34,712 nt of DNA from a bacterium (lineage in GTDB: Bacteria > Muiribacteriota > UBA6191). The notes under the pieces were generated by a model. That model did not search any database, had not been told where the DNA came from, and saw only the letters and a program-made list of their open reading frames with translations. Where the stretch lies: contig JAYZAC010000186.1 of assembly GCA_036339875.1 (NCBI GenBank), forward strand, positions 1 through 34,712, written 5' to 3'. Of the stretch, positions 19,113 through 27,179 are shown in pieces. Position numbers and translations under genes: made by a program. Each line of letters starts with the position of its first letter. The first letter of the stretch is position 1.

Positions 19113-20121
19113 TGTCTTTATCCTTATCTTGGAGTTTCTGGGTTACGGTAACTGCCATATGTTTACCCGAAATACCAGGTAAACCGAGAAACTTATATTC
19201 TCCTCCGACTTTAATTTTAAGCTCTTCATTTGGTTTAGCAAAAACTTTAACTACATCACCCGCTTGCATACCCATAACTTCACCAACGGTCAGTTCACTG
19301 GTACCTAGCTCAACGGTAAAATCAGTAATCATCTGGCGAATTCTTCCATTAATTAACTGCTCATTATCATCCATGTGTTCTGTTCGATGAATTGCCCAGT
19401 AATGACCCTGACTAAGCTTACTAGCCACTGGTTCTAGCGAAAAATAGGGAATACATAAATTCATAATCCCTTCTATATTATTTATATTCATCTCAAACGT
19501 AATTAGAAGAACCATATCATTGGGAGGCACAATCGACGTAAAACTAGGATTAGATTCAAACATGGAAAATTGAGGTTCTAAGGGTACAACTGTACTCCAA
19601 GCCTCATTCAGTTCCTGAAGAATACGCTGCATGATCTTACTCATAACGGCCTCTTCAATGTCAGTAAGCTTTCGTTTTTCTTGCTTACTTTCACCGGTTC
19701 CGCCCAATAATCTATCGAGAATAGCAAAACTTAACTCTAGATTCATCTCGAATATAGCCTTACCCTCAAGAGTGCCGAGATTGAAGACACATAGCAAACT
19801 GGGATTATCTACAGACCTAATATACTCTTCATATGTAATCTGATCCTGTGATGCTATTCTCATACTTACGAGATATCTTAACGAAGTTGAAAAAAAAGTA
19901 GCTATCTGTCGGGTAAAAGTATCATGAATGTGTTGCAGAGTGCGGAGTTGATCTTTTGCAAAACGAGTCTGACGCTTGAAGTCATACATCTTAATTTTAT
20001 ATTTATGACCTGAAGCTCCGCCAGAATTATCTCCACCACCTTTCGGTTCAGAGTTTTCTGCACCTAAAGACTGAAGTAGAGAGTCTATGTCTGTTTGTGA
20101 TAATAATTGATCGTCAGCCAT
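19105..20121 (-). CDS. fliM: Flagellar motor switch protein FliM
   Basis: LSQTDIDSLL, YDFKR, DRLLGGTG, NLCIPY..LEP. Confidence 0.97.
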   Translation of the reverse strand: MADDQLLSQTDIDSLLQSLGAENSEPKGGGDNSGGASGHKYKIKMYDFKRQTRFAKDQLRTLQHIHDTFTRQIATFFSTSLRYLVSMRIASQDQITYEEYIRSVDNPSLLCVFNLGTLEGKAIFEMNLELSFAILDRLLGGTGESKQEKRKLTDIEEAVMSKIMQRILQELNEAWSTVVPLEPQFSMFESNPSFTSIVPPNDMVLLITFEMNINNIEGIMNLCIPYFSLEPVASKLSQGHYWAIHRTEHMDDNEQLINGRIRQMITDFTVELGTSELTVGEVMGMQAGDVVKVFAKPNEELKIKVGGEYKFLGLPGISGKHMAVTVTQKLQDKDKDNE

Positions 20122-20134
20122 TACTTTTTAGCCC

Positions 20135-20689
20135 TTACATATTTATAAATAATAACTTCGTAACATGCACTTTTGTAACTCTTCCACTAACTTCATCTAC
20201 CTTTAAATCGTATTCAAGTATCGCGTTAATTATCTCCTTTAGTTCCTCTCCTAAAACTTTTCTCTGAAAAGCATAAATGATATCTCGCTTTGTTTTTTGA
20301 GACATATAAGCCAAAATACGATCTCTTATCGGATCTGAATTTCCCTGAATAACAGTCGCTAAAGATGGGTTTGAAATTCCTAAACTCATACGAATTTGAA
20401 TCGCAAGATTACCCTGTTCTTCTCCTCGAGCTATGAAAGCATTGAATGATTTATCTTTATTGTCACCGGGTAACAGAATCGTAGCCAAGGTTTTTTTCTC
20501 GGCCTCTATTGCAGAGTCGCCCTGCTGGACTTCACGAGTGGCAACCTGCGTGGACACAACATAAGACAGATAAACGGTCATGTTGGTTACAATTAATAAA
20601 ACTACCAACAATAAAAGTATCAATATTAGAATCGGGTAAATTTTATTAGAACCTGATTCCTCGGTTATTTCTTCTGTACCTTCAGCCAT
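20135..20689 (-). CDS. fliL: FliL-family protein (copy 1)
   Basis: Single N-terminal TM, P.IRD.IL....K...L.EE....IN..L....V..V....L pattern; upstream of fliM. Confidence 0.8.
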   Translation of the reverse strand: MAEGTEEITEESGSNKIYPILILILLLLVVLLIVTNMTVYLSYVVSTQVATREVQQGDSAIEAEKKTLATILLPGDNKDKSFNAFIARGEEQGNLAIQIRMSLGISNPSLATVIQGNSDPIRDRILAYMSQKTKRDIIYAFQRKVLGEELKEIINAILEYDLKVDEVSGRVTKVHVTKLLFINM

Positions 20690-20713
20690 TGTCCGCCCTG
20701 GGTCTTTGATGAA

Positions 20714-20741
20714 ATATCGTCAGGCGACCGTTACTGTATTA
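20714..20741 (-). promoter_or_regulatory. Sigma28-type promoter for fliL-fliM-fliY-fliO
   Basis: TAAT-N16-GACGATAT, 24 nt upstream of the fliL ATG. Confidence 0.6.
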
Positions 20742-20920
20742 GAGGAGTACAAAAAATAGCTTAATCGATAGAAATTTGTTGATGCTGCAACTTGTTTCTG
20801 ATTTGCTTTGTAATTGACTAAAATGCTTATCAAAGATCTGTAACATTTAAATTTTAAGATAAAAATATCTTTTTATTCAAGTAAATCAATCTTTGAGAAT
20901 AATTCGAATAACGAGGAATT

Positions 20921-21475
20921 ATGGATAAATTAATTAAAATAGGAATATTAACTGTTTCTGATAGAGCATCAAAAGGTGAGTACGAAGACCTAGGTGGCCC
21001 CTCGATTTTAAATGTTATGTCAGACTTCATAGACGGGCCATTCGATCATGATTACCGAATCATTCCAGACGAACAAGGCATCATAGAAAAGAGCCTAATC
21101 GAACTTTGCGATCAATCAAATTGCTGCCTGGTAGTTACTACCGGTGGAACTGGTCCTGCTAAGAGGGATATTACTCCCGAGGCAACCGAGCGAGTATGCC
21201 AAAAAATGATGCCAGGATTTGGTGAGCTTATGCGCTCCACATCGCTCAAATATGTACCTACCGCTATTTTATCTCGTCAAACGGCAGGTGTTCGTAATAA
21301 GTCATTAATCGTAAACTTACCCGGCAAACCTAAATCGATAAGAGAATGCTTAGAAGCTGTATTTCCAGCTATCCCATACTGTATTGATTTAATTGGTGGA
21401 CCTTACATCGAAGGTAAATTAGAAAATATCAAAGTTTTCAGACCGAAAAATGCAATCAGAAATATTTCCCAATAG
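20921..21475 (+). CDS. mog: Molybdopterin adenylyltransferase
   Basis: TVSDRAS.G.YED, TTGGTGPA.RD.TPEA, PTAILSRQTAG, NLPGKPKSI, AIPYCIDL; GAGGA RBS. Confidence 0.96.
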   Translation: MDKLIKIGILTVSDRASKGEYEDLGGPSILNVMSDFIDGPFDHDYRIIPDEQGIIEKSLIELCDQSNCCLVVTTGGTGPAKRDITPEATERVCQKMMPGFGELMRSTSLKYVPTAILSRQTAGVRNKSLIVNLPGKPKSIRECLEAVFPAIPYCIDLIGGPYIEGKLENIKVFRPKNAIRNISQ

Positions 21476-21486
21476 GTGCACGCTTA

Positions 21487-22116
21487 TCAAATACTTGGAA
21501 AATAGTATTTAGTGAAACTAATAGAAACAATTCGACCGTTTTTTCTAAGATCTAAACGCTCTTCTCCTGCATTTTGAAGAACCGTATTTATGGCAACTAA
21601 CAATTTTTGACGAACCTTACCTTCCTCCTCGTGAATCATATCCAGTATATCTGCCTTCGTCATTTTGGAAAAATGTCGTAAAATCTCAGAGGTAATTGGT
21701 GCCATTCGCTTCATAATTTCAATTCTCAAGGGCTTTTGCTCAATCCCTAGTGACATGGAAAATTGCATTACCCTGTCCTCATCTTTTATGGTGGCTCTTA
21801 ATTCCGTATCTTTTGGGTCTTTTCCAAATACCATTATATAATCTACAGGACGCTGCAAATCCTCAAAATTAACTTTACTGTTCTCTTCTTTTGACTCTTT
21901 CGACTCTCCGCCACCTGAAAATAAAATCAAAATAACGAGTAACAGAACCACAGCACCCACAATACCCATGACTTTCTTATCCCTCCAGTCTATGGATTGG
22001 AGCTTTTCTTTTATTTTATCTAAATCAAACTTTTTATCTTTTTCTGAGGAATTCTCCTCGGAAGATTCCTCTTCCGCTGCTTCATCCTCTGAGGATTCTT
22101 CTTCTTCATCCGACAT
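21487..22116 (-). CDS. fliL: FliL-family protein (copy 2) with acidic N-terminus
   Basis: TM then FliL-like C-terminus (PITSEILRHFS...KVRQKLLVAINTVL...I.SI.FT.Y); follows motB. Confidence 0.75.
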   Translation of the reverse strand: MSDEEEESSEDEAAEEESSEENSSEKDKKFDLDKIKEKLQSIDWRDKKVMGIVGAVVLLLVILILFSGGGESKESKEENSKVNFEDLQRPVDYIMVFGKDPKDTELRATIKDEDRVMQFSMSLGIEQKPLRIEIMKRMAPITSEILRHFSKMTKADILDMIHEEEGKVRQKLLVAINTVLQNAGEERLDLRKNGRIVSISFTKYYFPSI

Positions 22117-22125
22117 GTTTACCCC

Positions 22126-23358
22126 TTATGGTTTTTGAAACATACGCACTTCAAGACGACGGTTTTTTTTCAAAACTCTCTGGTTATCTTGATAACGATA
22201 CTTGGGTTGATATGCTCCAAAACTTACTACACTAAAACGACTTGGATCAAATTCTTCATTCTCATCAAGTAGAAATTCAAGTATCGCATTGGCTCTAGCC
22301 GAAGCTAAATGCCACGTTGTTGGATACTTCTGACTTGGTTGTAGACTAAAATCTGTATGAGATTCTAACTGAAAAATACTACTTTTATCTCGATTATAAT
22401 TATCTAAAAAAACCTTATAGACAATCTCCTTAGCTTGTTCTCGTAATTCGACAGAGTCCTCATTAAACAATAAATCCTCCTCAAAATGAAAAACAGCATG
22501 GGACAAATCCTGACTCGTCATTTGAACCATTCCTGATAGAGTCGTAAATTGATCCATAGTTTTCTGAATCACAGGCTTTTGTCGATAATCATAATCTTTA
22601 TTCTCAGAACTATAACGCTCTTTGTCCATATTTTTTGCTTTAGGCTTATTACGGCCGGAAAGTTTATCCTTTTTTTTCTGATGACCAGTATTTTCCATCA
22701 AATTTTGATCTCTACCCTGAGATATATCAATACGAGATGCCTCAGATCGAAATGGATCCTGATTTTCTCCTTTTGAACGAGGAGGGTCTAACTTATTAAC
22801 AGCCGACTCATTCTCTTGATTAGACTTTTCTAATGCAGCTGAAAACTGCTTTCTTTCGGTCGGAAAATTACGTGCAGGTTTGGTCACATCTAACTGACGA
22901 TCAACTTTTGAATAATTTTTTGATGTATCTTGAATAACTGAACTGGGCTCCTCAAGTTCTTTGACTATTTTCTCTACCTCTTCTCTCTGATCACTTACCA
23001 TTCTTAATGATTCTGTAGCAGAAAGAACCGCAGCAGCAATCATATCTACTTTTTCCTTCGGAGTTTTTTTACGTTTGATTTTTCTTAATACTTTTGCAAC
23101 CGCCTTATCAAAACTTTTATCTGTGGCTTTTGGTGGCTTTTTGGCCTTTCCCTTCCCAAGAGTAGTCGAAGCTCCTTTCAAGACACCAAATGCACCACGC
23201 ATGCTTTCCTTTAATGATTCGAATTTCTTCGTTTCCATACTTGAAAATGAAAAAAGTAATACAAAAAAGCACAGTAAAAGAGTCATTAGATCACCATAGG
23301 TAACCATCCAGTCTGGAGCACCCATAGGAGGACATGTAGGACACTTTTTAGCCATCAT
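22126..23358 (-). CDS. motB: Stator B subunit MotB/PomB paralog 2 (410 aa, OmpA-like motif largely intact)
   Basis: CPPMGAPDWMVTYGDLMTLLLCFFVLLFSFS; C-terminal ESHTD...WHLASARA...SFGAYQP...NRRLEV. Confidence 0.9.
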   Translation of the reverse strand: MMAKKCPTCPPMGAPDWMVTYGDLMTLLLCFFVLLFSFSSMETKKFESLKESMRGAFGVLKGASTTLGKGKAKKPPKATDKSFDKAVAKVLRKIKRKKTPKEKVDMIAAAVLSATESLRMVSDQREEVEKIVKELEEPSSVIQDTSKNYSKVDRQLDVTKPARNFPTERKQFSAALEKSNQENESAVNKLDPPRSKGENQDPFRSEASRIDISQGRDQNLMENTGHQKKKDKLSGRNKPKAKNMDKERYSSENKDYDYRQKPVIQKTMDQFTTLSGMVQMTSQDLSHAVFHFEEDLLFNEDSVELREQAKEIVYKVFLDNYNRDKSSIFQLESHTDFSLQPSQKYPTTWHLASARANAILEFLLDENEEFDPSRFSVVSFGAYQPKYRYQDNQRVLKKNRRLEVRMFQKP

Positions 23359-24661
23359 CCCCTCGTTTAATCCATCGAATTTCTATACGTTCTTTAGGTT
23401 TTTTATCCTTTATGTTCTCATTATCTTTACTTATTACAGAACTACCCCATCCTACCGCCGCAAATCTAGAGGGAGATAAGTCAGTCCCAATCTTTAATAC
23501 CTCAAGAATAAAAGCTATCGCCATTTTACTTGTAAGATCACGATTACCCAGATAATTTGAGGATGGAGCTGTATCATTTGTATGAGCTTCAATCTGAAAA
23601 TAGCCGCCTTGATTCTCTCGAAAAATCTTCACAAAATTTGATATCTCTACCGAGCTATTAGGCCTTATTTTATCTGTTTTCTCATAAAATAAAAGATTTG
23701 CATCCAAGATCCTAGGTAGGATTAAAACCGCTTGATTTGCATCAGACTGGGTCGCCTCGACTTGCCCTGAGATGTTAGGTTGATCAAGCGGACTGGAGAT
23801 TTTTCTGGGTACTGGGTGATCAAAACGTTTCTTTTCATTCTTTCCTTCCACCCTATCCATGCGCTCATTGTGATCTAGCATTTGGCCTGTAAGGTCTTTT
23901 TGCAATTGAGCCTCGCCAGGATTACCTATCAAAGGATTATTACGACCCATATTTTTATAATTACGGGAAGCATCTCCCCGTTTCATTAAATGCTGGTCTC
24001 CACGAGCGAGCTTCTGTTCTTCAGGTACATTTTTTTCTAAATTCTTTAATTTTTCGGTTTTATCTAAATCTAATTCTGCTTGAATTTCTGATACAGACGG
24101 ATCTTTCATTCGGATTTGCTTAACTTTTTGAGATGGATCTGCTCTTGGTTCGATTTGTAATGCATTAAACATTTCTTTCGAATCTTGTCTTTTATTCTCC
24201 GTTGAAGTTTCATTAGCCTTCTTTTTACGCTTTTCTTTAACTGTTCTCAGTATACTTTCTAAATCGTTAACTGCTACACCCTGCACTTTAGCTTCTTTTA
24301 CGAGCATTCCCAAGGCTACCTCTGCCGAAGATATACTAGAATTCAAGTATTCTAATTGCTCATGAGGAAACTTATCTGAACTCGCTTTACGAATTTTTTC
24401 TACAGCAGTATCAAATAAAACTGTTGTATATTTTTGAGTTTGTTGAGAAACCCCTCTCCCCTGTCTGACAGAATGACCATCCATCACTCCGAATGCACCA
24501 GTGAATGAATCTTTCATAGATTCAAATTGGAGCTTATCCATTTCCGAAAATGAAAATAAAAGAACAAAGAAACATAGCAACAAGGTCATCAAATCACCAT
24601 ACGTCACCATCCAATCAGGTGCCCCGGTTGGTGGACAAGGAGCGCATTTTTCCTTTGCCAT
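23348..24661 (-). CDS. motB: Stator B subunit MotB/PomB paralog 1 (437 aa, degenerate OmpA-like motif)
   Basis: Same TM segment as paralog 2; C-terminal EAHTN...NRDLTSKMA...AVGWG...KERIEI. Confidence 0.88.
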   Translation of the reverse strand: MAKEKCAPCPPTGAPDWMVTYGDLMTLLLCFFVLLFSFSEMDKLQFESMKDSFTGAFGVMDGHSVRQGRGVSQQTQKYTTVLFDTAVEKIRKASSDKFPHEQLEYLNSSISSAEVALGMLVKEAKVQGVAVNDLESILRTVKEKRKKKANETSTENKRQDSKEMFNALQIEPRADPSQKVKQIRMKDPSVSEIQAELDLDKTEKLKNLEKNVPEEQKLARGDQHLMKRGDASRNYKNMGRNNPLIGNPGEAQLQKDLTGQMLDHNERMDRVEGKNEKKRFDHPVPRKISSPLDQPNISGQVEATQSDANQAVLILPRILDANLLFYEKTDKIRPNSSVEISNFVKIFRENQGGYFQIEAHTNDTAPSSNYLGNRDLTSKMAIAFILEVLKIGTDLSPSRFAAVGWGSSVISKDNENIKDKKPKERIEIRWIKRGDDG

Positions 24662-24664
24662 GAA

Positions 24665-25462
24665 CTACTCCTCGCTATCTTCTCCGCCAAGCTCCAATCG
24701 GAGTGTAGGAGAAAGAAAAGACTTGAGTTTTTCTTCTACAATTCGAGGATTGTCCCCTGCCTGGATTGATAAAATGCCTTCTATCGCTATCGTGTAAAGT
24801 AAAATTTCCTTGGTATTTTTGGTATCTAAATTCTTTTCCATAGGAATTGTAAATAGATTGGATACAACTGCCCCGTAAAATGTGGTAATTAAGGCAACAG
24901 CCATTGAAGGCCCTAAGGTTGCTGGATCATCCAATTGAGCAAGCATGTTTACCAAACCAACCAGAGTGCCGATCATTCCAAAAGCAGGCGCGAAGGTAGA
25001 CATGCAGGAAACCATCTTTTTACCACCCTCATGTCTTGCATTTAGCTGCTCCACCTCGGCTTCTAGAATATAGCGAACTAGATCGCCTTCAGTACCATCA
25101 ATGACAAGTTGGATACCTTTTTTAACAAATGGATTATCTACCTGCTCAACATCTTCTTCCAGCGAAAGCAATCCTTCTCGACGAGCCTTTTCTGCGAAAC
25201 TTATCAATACTTTTATTATTGCAACGTTATCAATGTCAAGAATCTGGAATCCTTGCTTAATAATAGTGGGCAACTTTTTAGCCTCATCAAAAGTGAAGTT
25301 CACAAAAACTGTGGCGAAGGTTCCACCAAGTACAATCTCCATAGAAGGCGGGTCGAAAAAACCTGCCAACTTCTCTGTCTCCAAAAAGTGGTTTGAAATC
25401 GCTGACAGAATAAAAGTGATACCCATAAAGTATCCTAATGCGGTAGCGCCATCTGATTTCAT
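24665..25462 (-). CDS. motA: Stator A subunit MotA/PomA (Na+-type signature)
   Basis: ARREGLLSLE, APAFGMIGTLVGL, GPSMAVALITTFYG, EGILSIQAGDNP. Confidence 0.95.
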   Translation of the reverse strand: MKSDGATALGYFMGITFILSAISNHFLETEKLAGFFDPPSMEIVLGGTFATVFVNFTFDEAKKLPTIIKQGFQILDIDNVAIIKVLISFAEKARREGLLSLEEDVEQVDNPFVKKGIQLVIDGTEGDLVRYILEAEVEQLNARHEGGKKMVSCMSTFAPAFGMIGTLVGLVNMLAQLDDPATLGPSMAVALITTFYGAVVSNLFTIPMEKNLDTKNTKEILLYTIAIEGILSIQAGDNPRIVEEKLKSFLSPTLRLELGGEDSEE

Positions 25463-25467
25463 TATCT

Positions 25468-25671
25468 TTATTCCCCTACTTGATTAAACCCTGAACGAAT
25501 TAATTTTTGATACGCTATGATCTTGTTACACACTTCTGAAACACTCTCACGAACCACTAATTTGTCGCCAGAACGAAGTGTAATCACCGTATCCGGAAGT
25601 GATTCCACATATAAAATGAGGTCACTGTTTAAAAAATATTCTGACTTATTTAATCTGGTAACGGGAATCAT
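25468..25671 (-). CDS. flbD: FlbD/SwrD-family flagellar protein
   Basis: MIPVTRLN...LN.DLI..VE..PDTVITL.SG.K.VV.E; ATG 25671 with AAGGA RBS. Confidence 0.93.
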   Translation of the reverse strand: MIPVTRLNKSEYFLNSDLILYVESLPDTVITLRSGDKLVVRESVSEVCNKIIAYQKLIRSGFNQVGE

Positions 25672-25692
25672 ACGCAGCAATCCTTGCTGCTT

Positions 25693-25720
25693 CTATCGGA
25701 ATTTTACAGCTCTCAAATGA
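25693..25720 (-). promoter_or_regulatory. Sigma28-type promoter for flbD-motA-motB1-motB2-fliL2
   Basis: TCAT-N16-TCCGATAG directly upstream of the flbD RBS. Confidence 0.55.
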
Positions 25721-25734
25721 GCGCAAGCATAAAT

Positions 25735-26076
25735 TTACTTGGAAGCAGTTTTACTTTTGCGTGTTTTTTTAGTTTTTTCAAGATCCTCAATCTTTGCCTC
25801 TAGACTTCGAATTCGACTTTGAAGACCTTCCAATTCATCGCGAGTAACTAAGTTCATCTCGTGGGCTAAATCACGCATTCTATCCTTCAGAGTCGATTCA
25901 AATTCGGACTTCATGGTTCGAGCCCTCTCCGTAAACTCTTCTACTAGTTTTGCCCGCTCTTGGGCTTGCGCTTGCCCCGATTTAATCATTTCATCAACAA
26001 AGTCTTCGGCTACCTCTTTGGCCAAAGTAGCTGAGCCGATTCCGAAAAGTAACATATCTTTGAATTGATTGATCAT
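25735..26076 (-). CDS. Phasin-like / polyhydroxyalkanoate synthesis regulator family protein
   Basis: LLFGIG....KE.....VDEMIK.G and LVTRDEL..L..RI..LE pattern. Confidence 0.7.
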   Translation of the reverse strand: MINQFKDMLLFGIGSATLAKEVAEDFVDEMIKSGQAQAQERAKLVEEFTERARTMKSEFESTLKDRMRDLAHEMNLVTRDELEGLQSRIRSLEAKIEDLEKTKKTRKSKTASK

Positions 26077-26115
26077 AAGAGCACCCCCTATAATATTTTA
26101 TCAGAGTAGCGTACT

Positions 26116-27150
26116 TTAAACTAATTTGGCCAGTCCCTGTTCGATAGTATCTGCAAATTGATGAATCTCATTCTCAGTAGTATCAAAAGAAGTCATCCAC
26201 CTTACTTCATTTTTAGACTGGTCCCATGTATAAAACCAATAACCTTGATTTTTTAACCAGTTAATAAGCTCACGAGGAACTTGTACAAATAATGCATTTG
26301 AATCAACACTAGCAGTAATCTTAAGCTGGGGAATATTTTCTACTCTTGAAGCCAAAAGCTTAGCCATTGAATTAGCATTTCTAGCATTTTTCAACCATAA
26401 ATCTTTTTCGAAGAAAGCAAGAAATTGTGCTGAGATAAAGCGCATTTTGCTAACCAATTGAGTTGTTTGCTTTCTCAGGTAGGGAACCATATACTTCAAT
26501 TTCTGATCAAACAAAATCACTGCTTCACCAAGCATCATCCCGTTTTTAGTACCACCGAACGATAAAATATCAACTTTCCCAGCTTCAATAATTGCACTAG
26601 GTTGACAACTAAGAGCTTCTACAGCATTGGAAAAACGAGCTCCATCCATATGAATTTTCAAAGATTCGGATTCACAAAAATCACTCAGATTTTGTAATTC
26701 TTCTAAACTATAAACCGTTCCCATTTCGGTCACTTGCGTTATCGATATTGCCCCTGGTTGTACATGATGTTCAAAACCACGATGAATAAGGTGCGGAGCC
26801 AGTTCATCAGGCCCGAATTTACCATTCTTAACTTCAACTGGTACTAATTTACTCCCCGTAAATTTTTCAGGAGCTCCGCATTCATCCACATTAATATGAG
26901 ATAACTCACTACAAAAGATACATTCAAAGGAGCGGGTAAGTAAGCTAAGGGAAATTACGTTGGCACCCGTACCGGTGAGAACTACAAAAGGGTCACAGGG
27001 CCTCTCAAAAATTTTTTCGAAGCATTTTTTTAAGCTTTTTGAATACGGATCGTCACCGTAGGCTAATTGATGTCCACTATTTGCTTCACGAATCGCTTCT
27101 AATATTGAATCACTTATTCCAGAATTGTTATCACTTGCAAAACTGCGCAT
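26116..27150 (-). CDS. ltaE: Low-specificity L-threonine aldolase (PLP-dependent)
   Basis: FASDN.SG, YGDD, GTGAN, HINVDECGAPE, HMDGAR, SFGGTKNG (PLP Lys), SKMRF. Confidence 0.93.
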   Translation of the reverse strand: MRSFASDNNSGISDSILEAIREANSGHQLAYGDDPYSKSLKKCFEKIFERPCDPFVVLTGTGANVISLSLLTRSFECIFCSELSHINVDECGAPEKFTGSKLVPVEVKNGKFGPDELAPHLIHRGFEHHVQPGAISITQVTEMGTVYSLEELQNLSDFCESESLKIHMDGARFSNAVEALSCQPSAIIEAGKVDILSFGGTKNGMMLGEAVILFDQKLKYMVPYLRKQTTQLVSKMRFISAQFLAFFEKDLWLKNARNANSMAKLLASRVENIPQLKITASVDSNALFVQVPRELINWLKNQGYWFYTWDQSKNEVRWMTSFDTTENEIHQFADTIEQGLAKLV

Positions 27151-27179
27151 TAAGATTCTCCATAAAAATTATAACTTAA

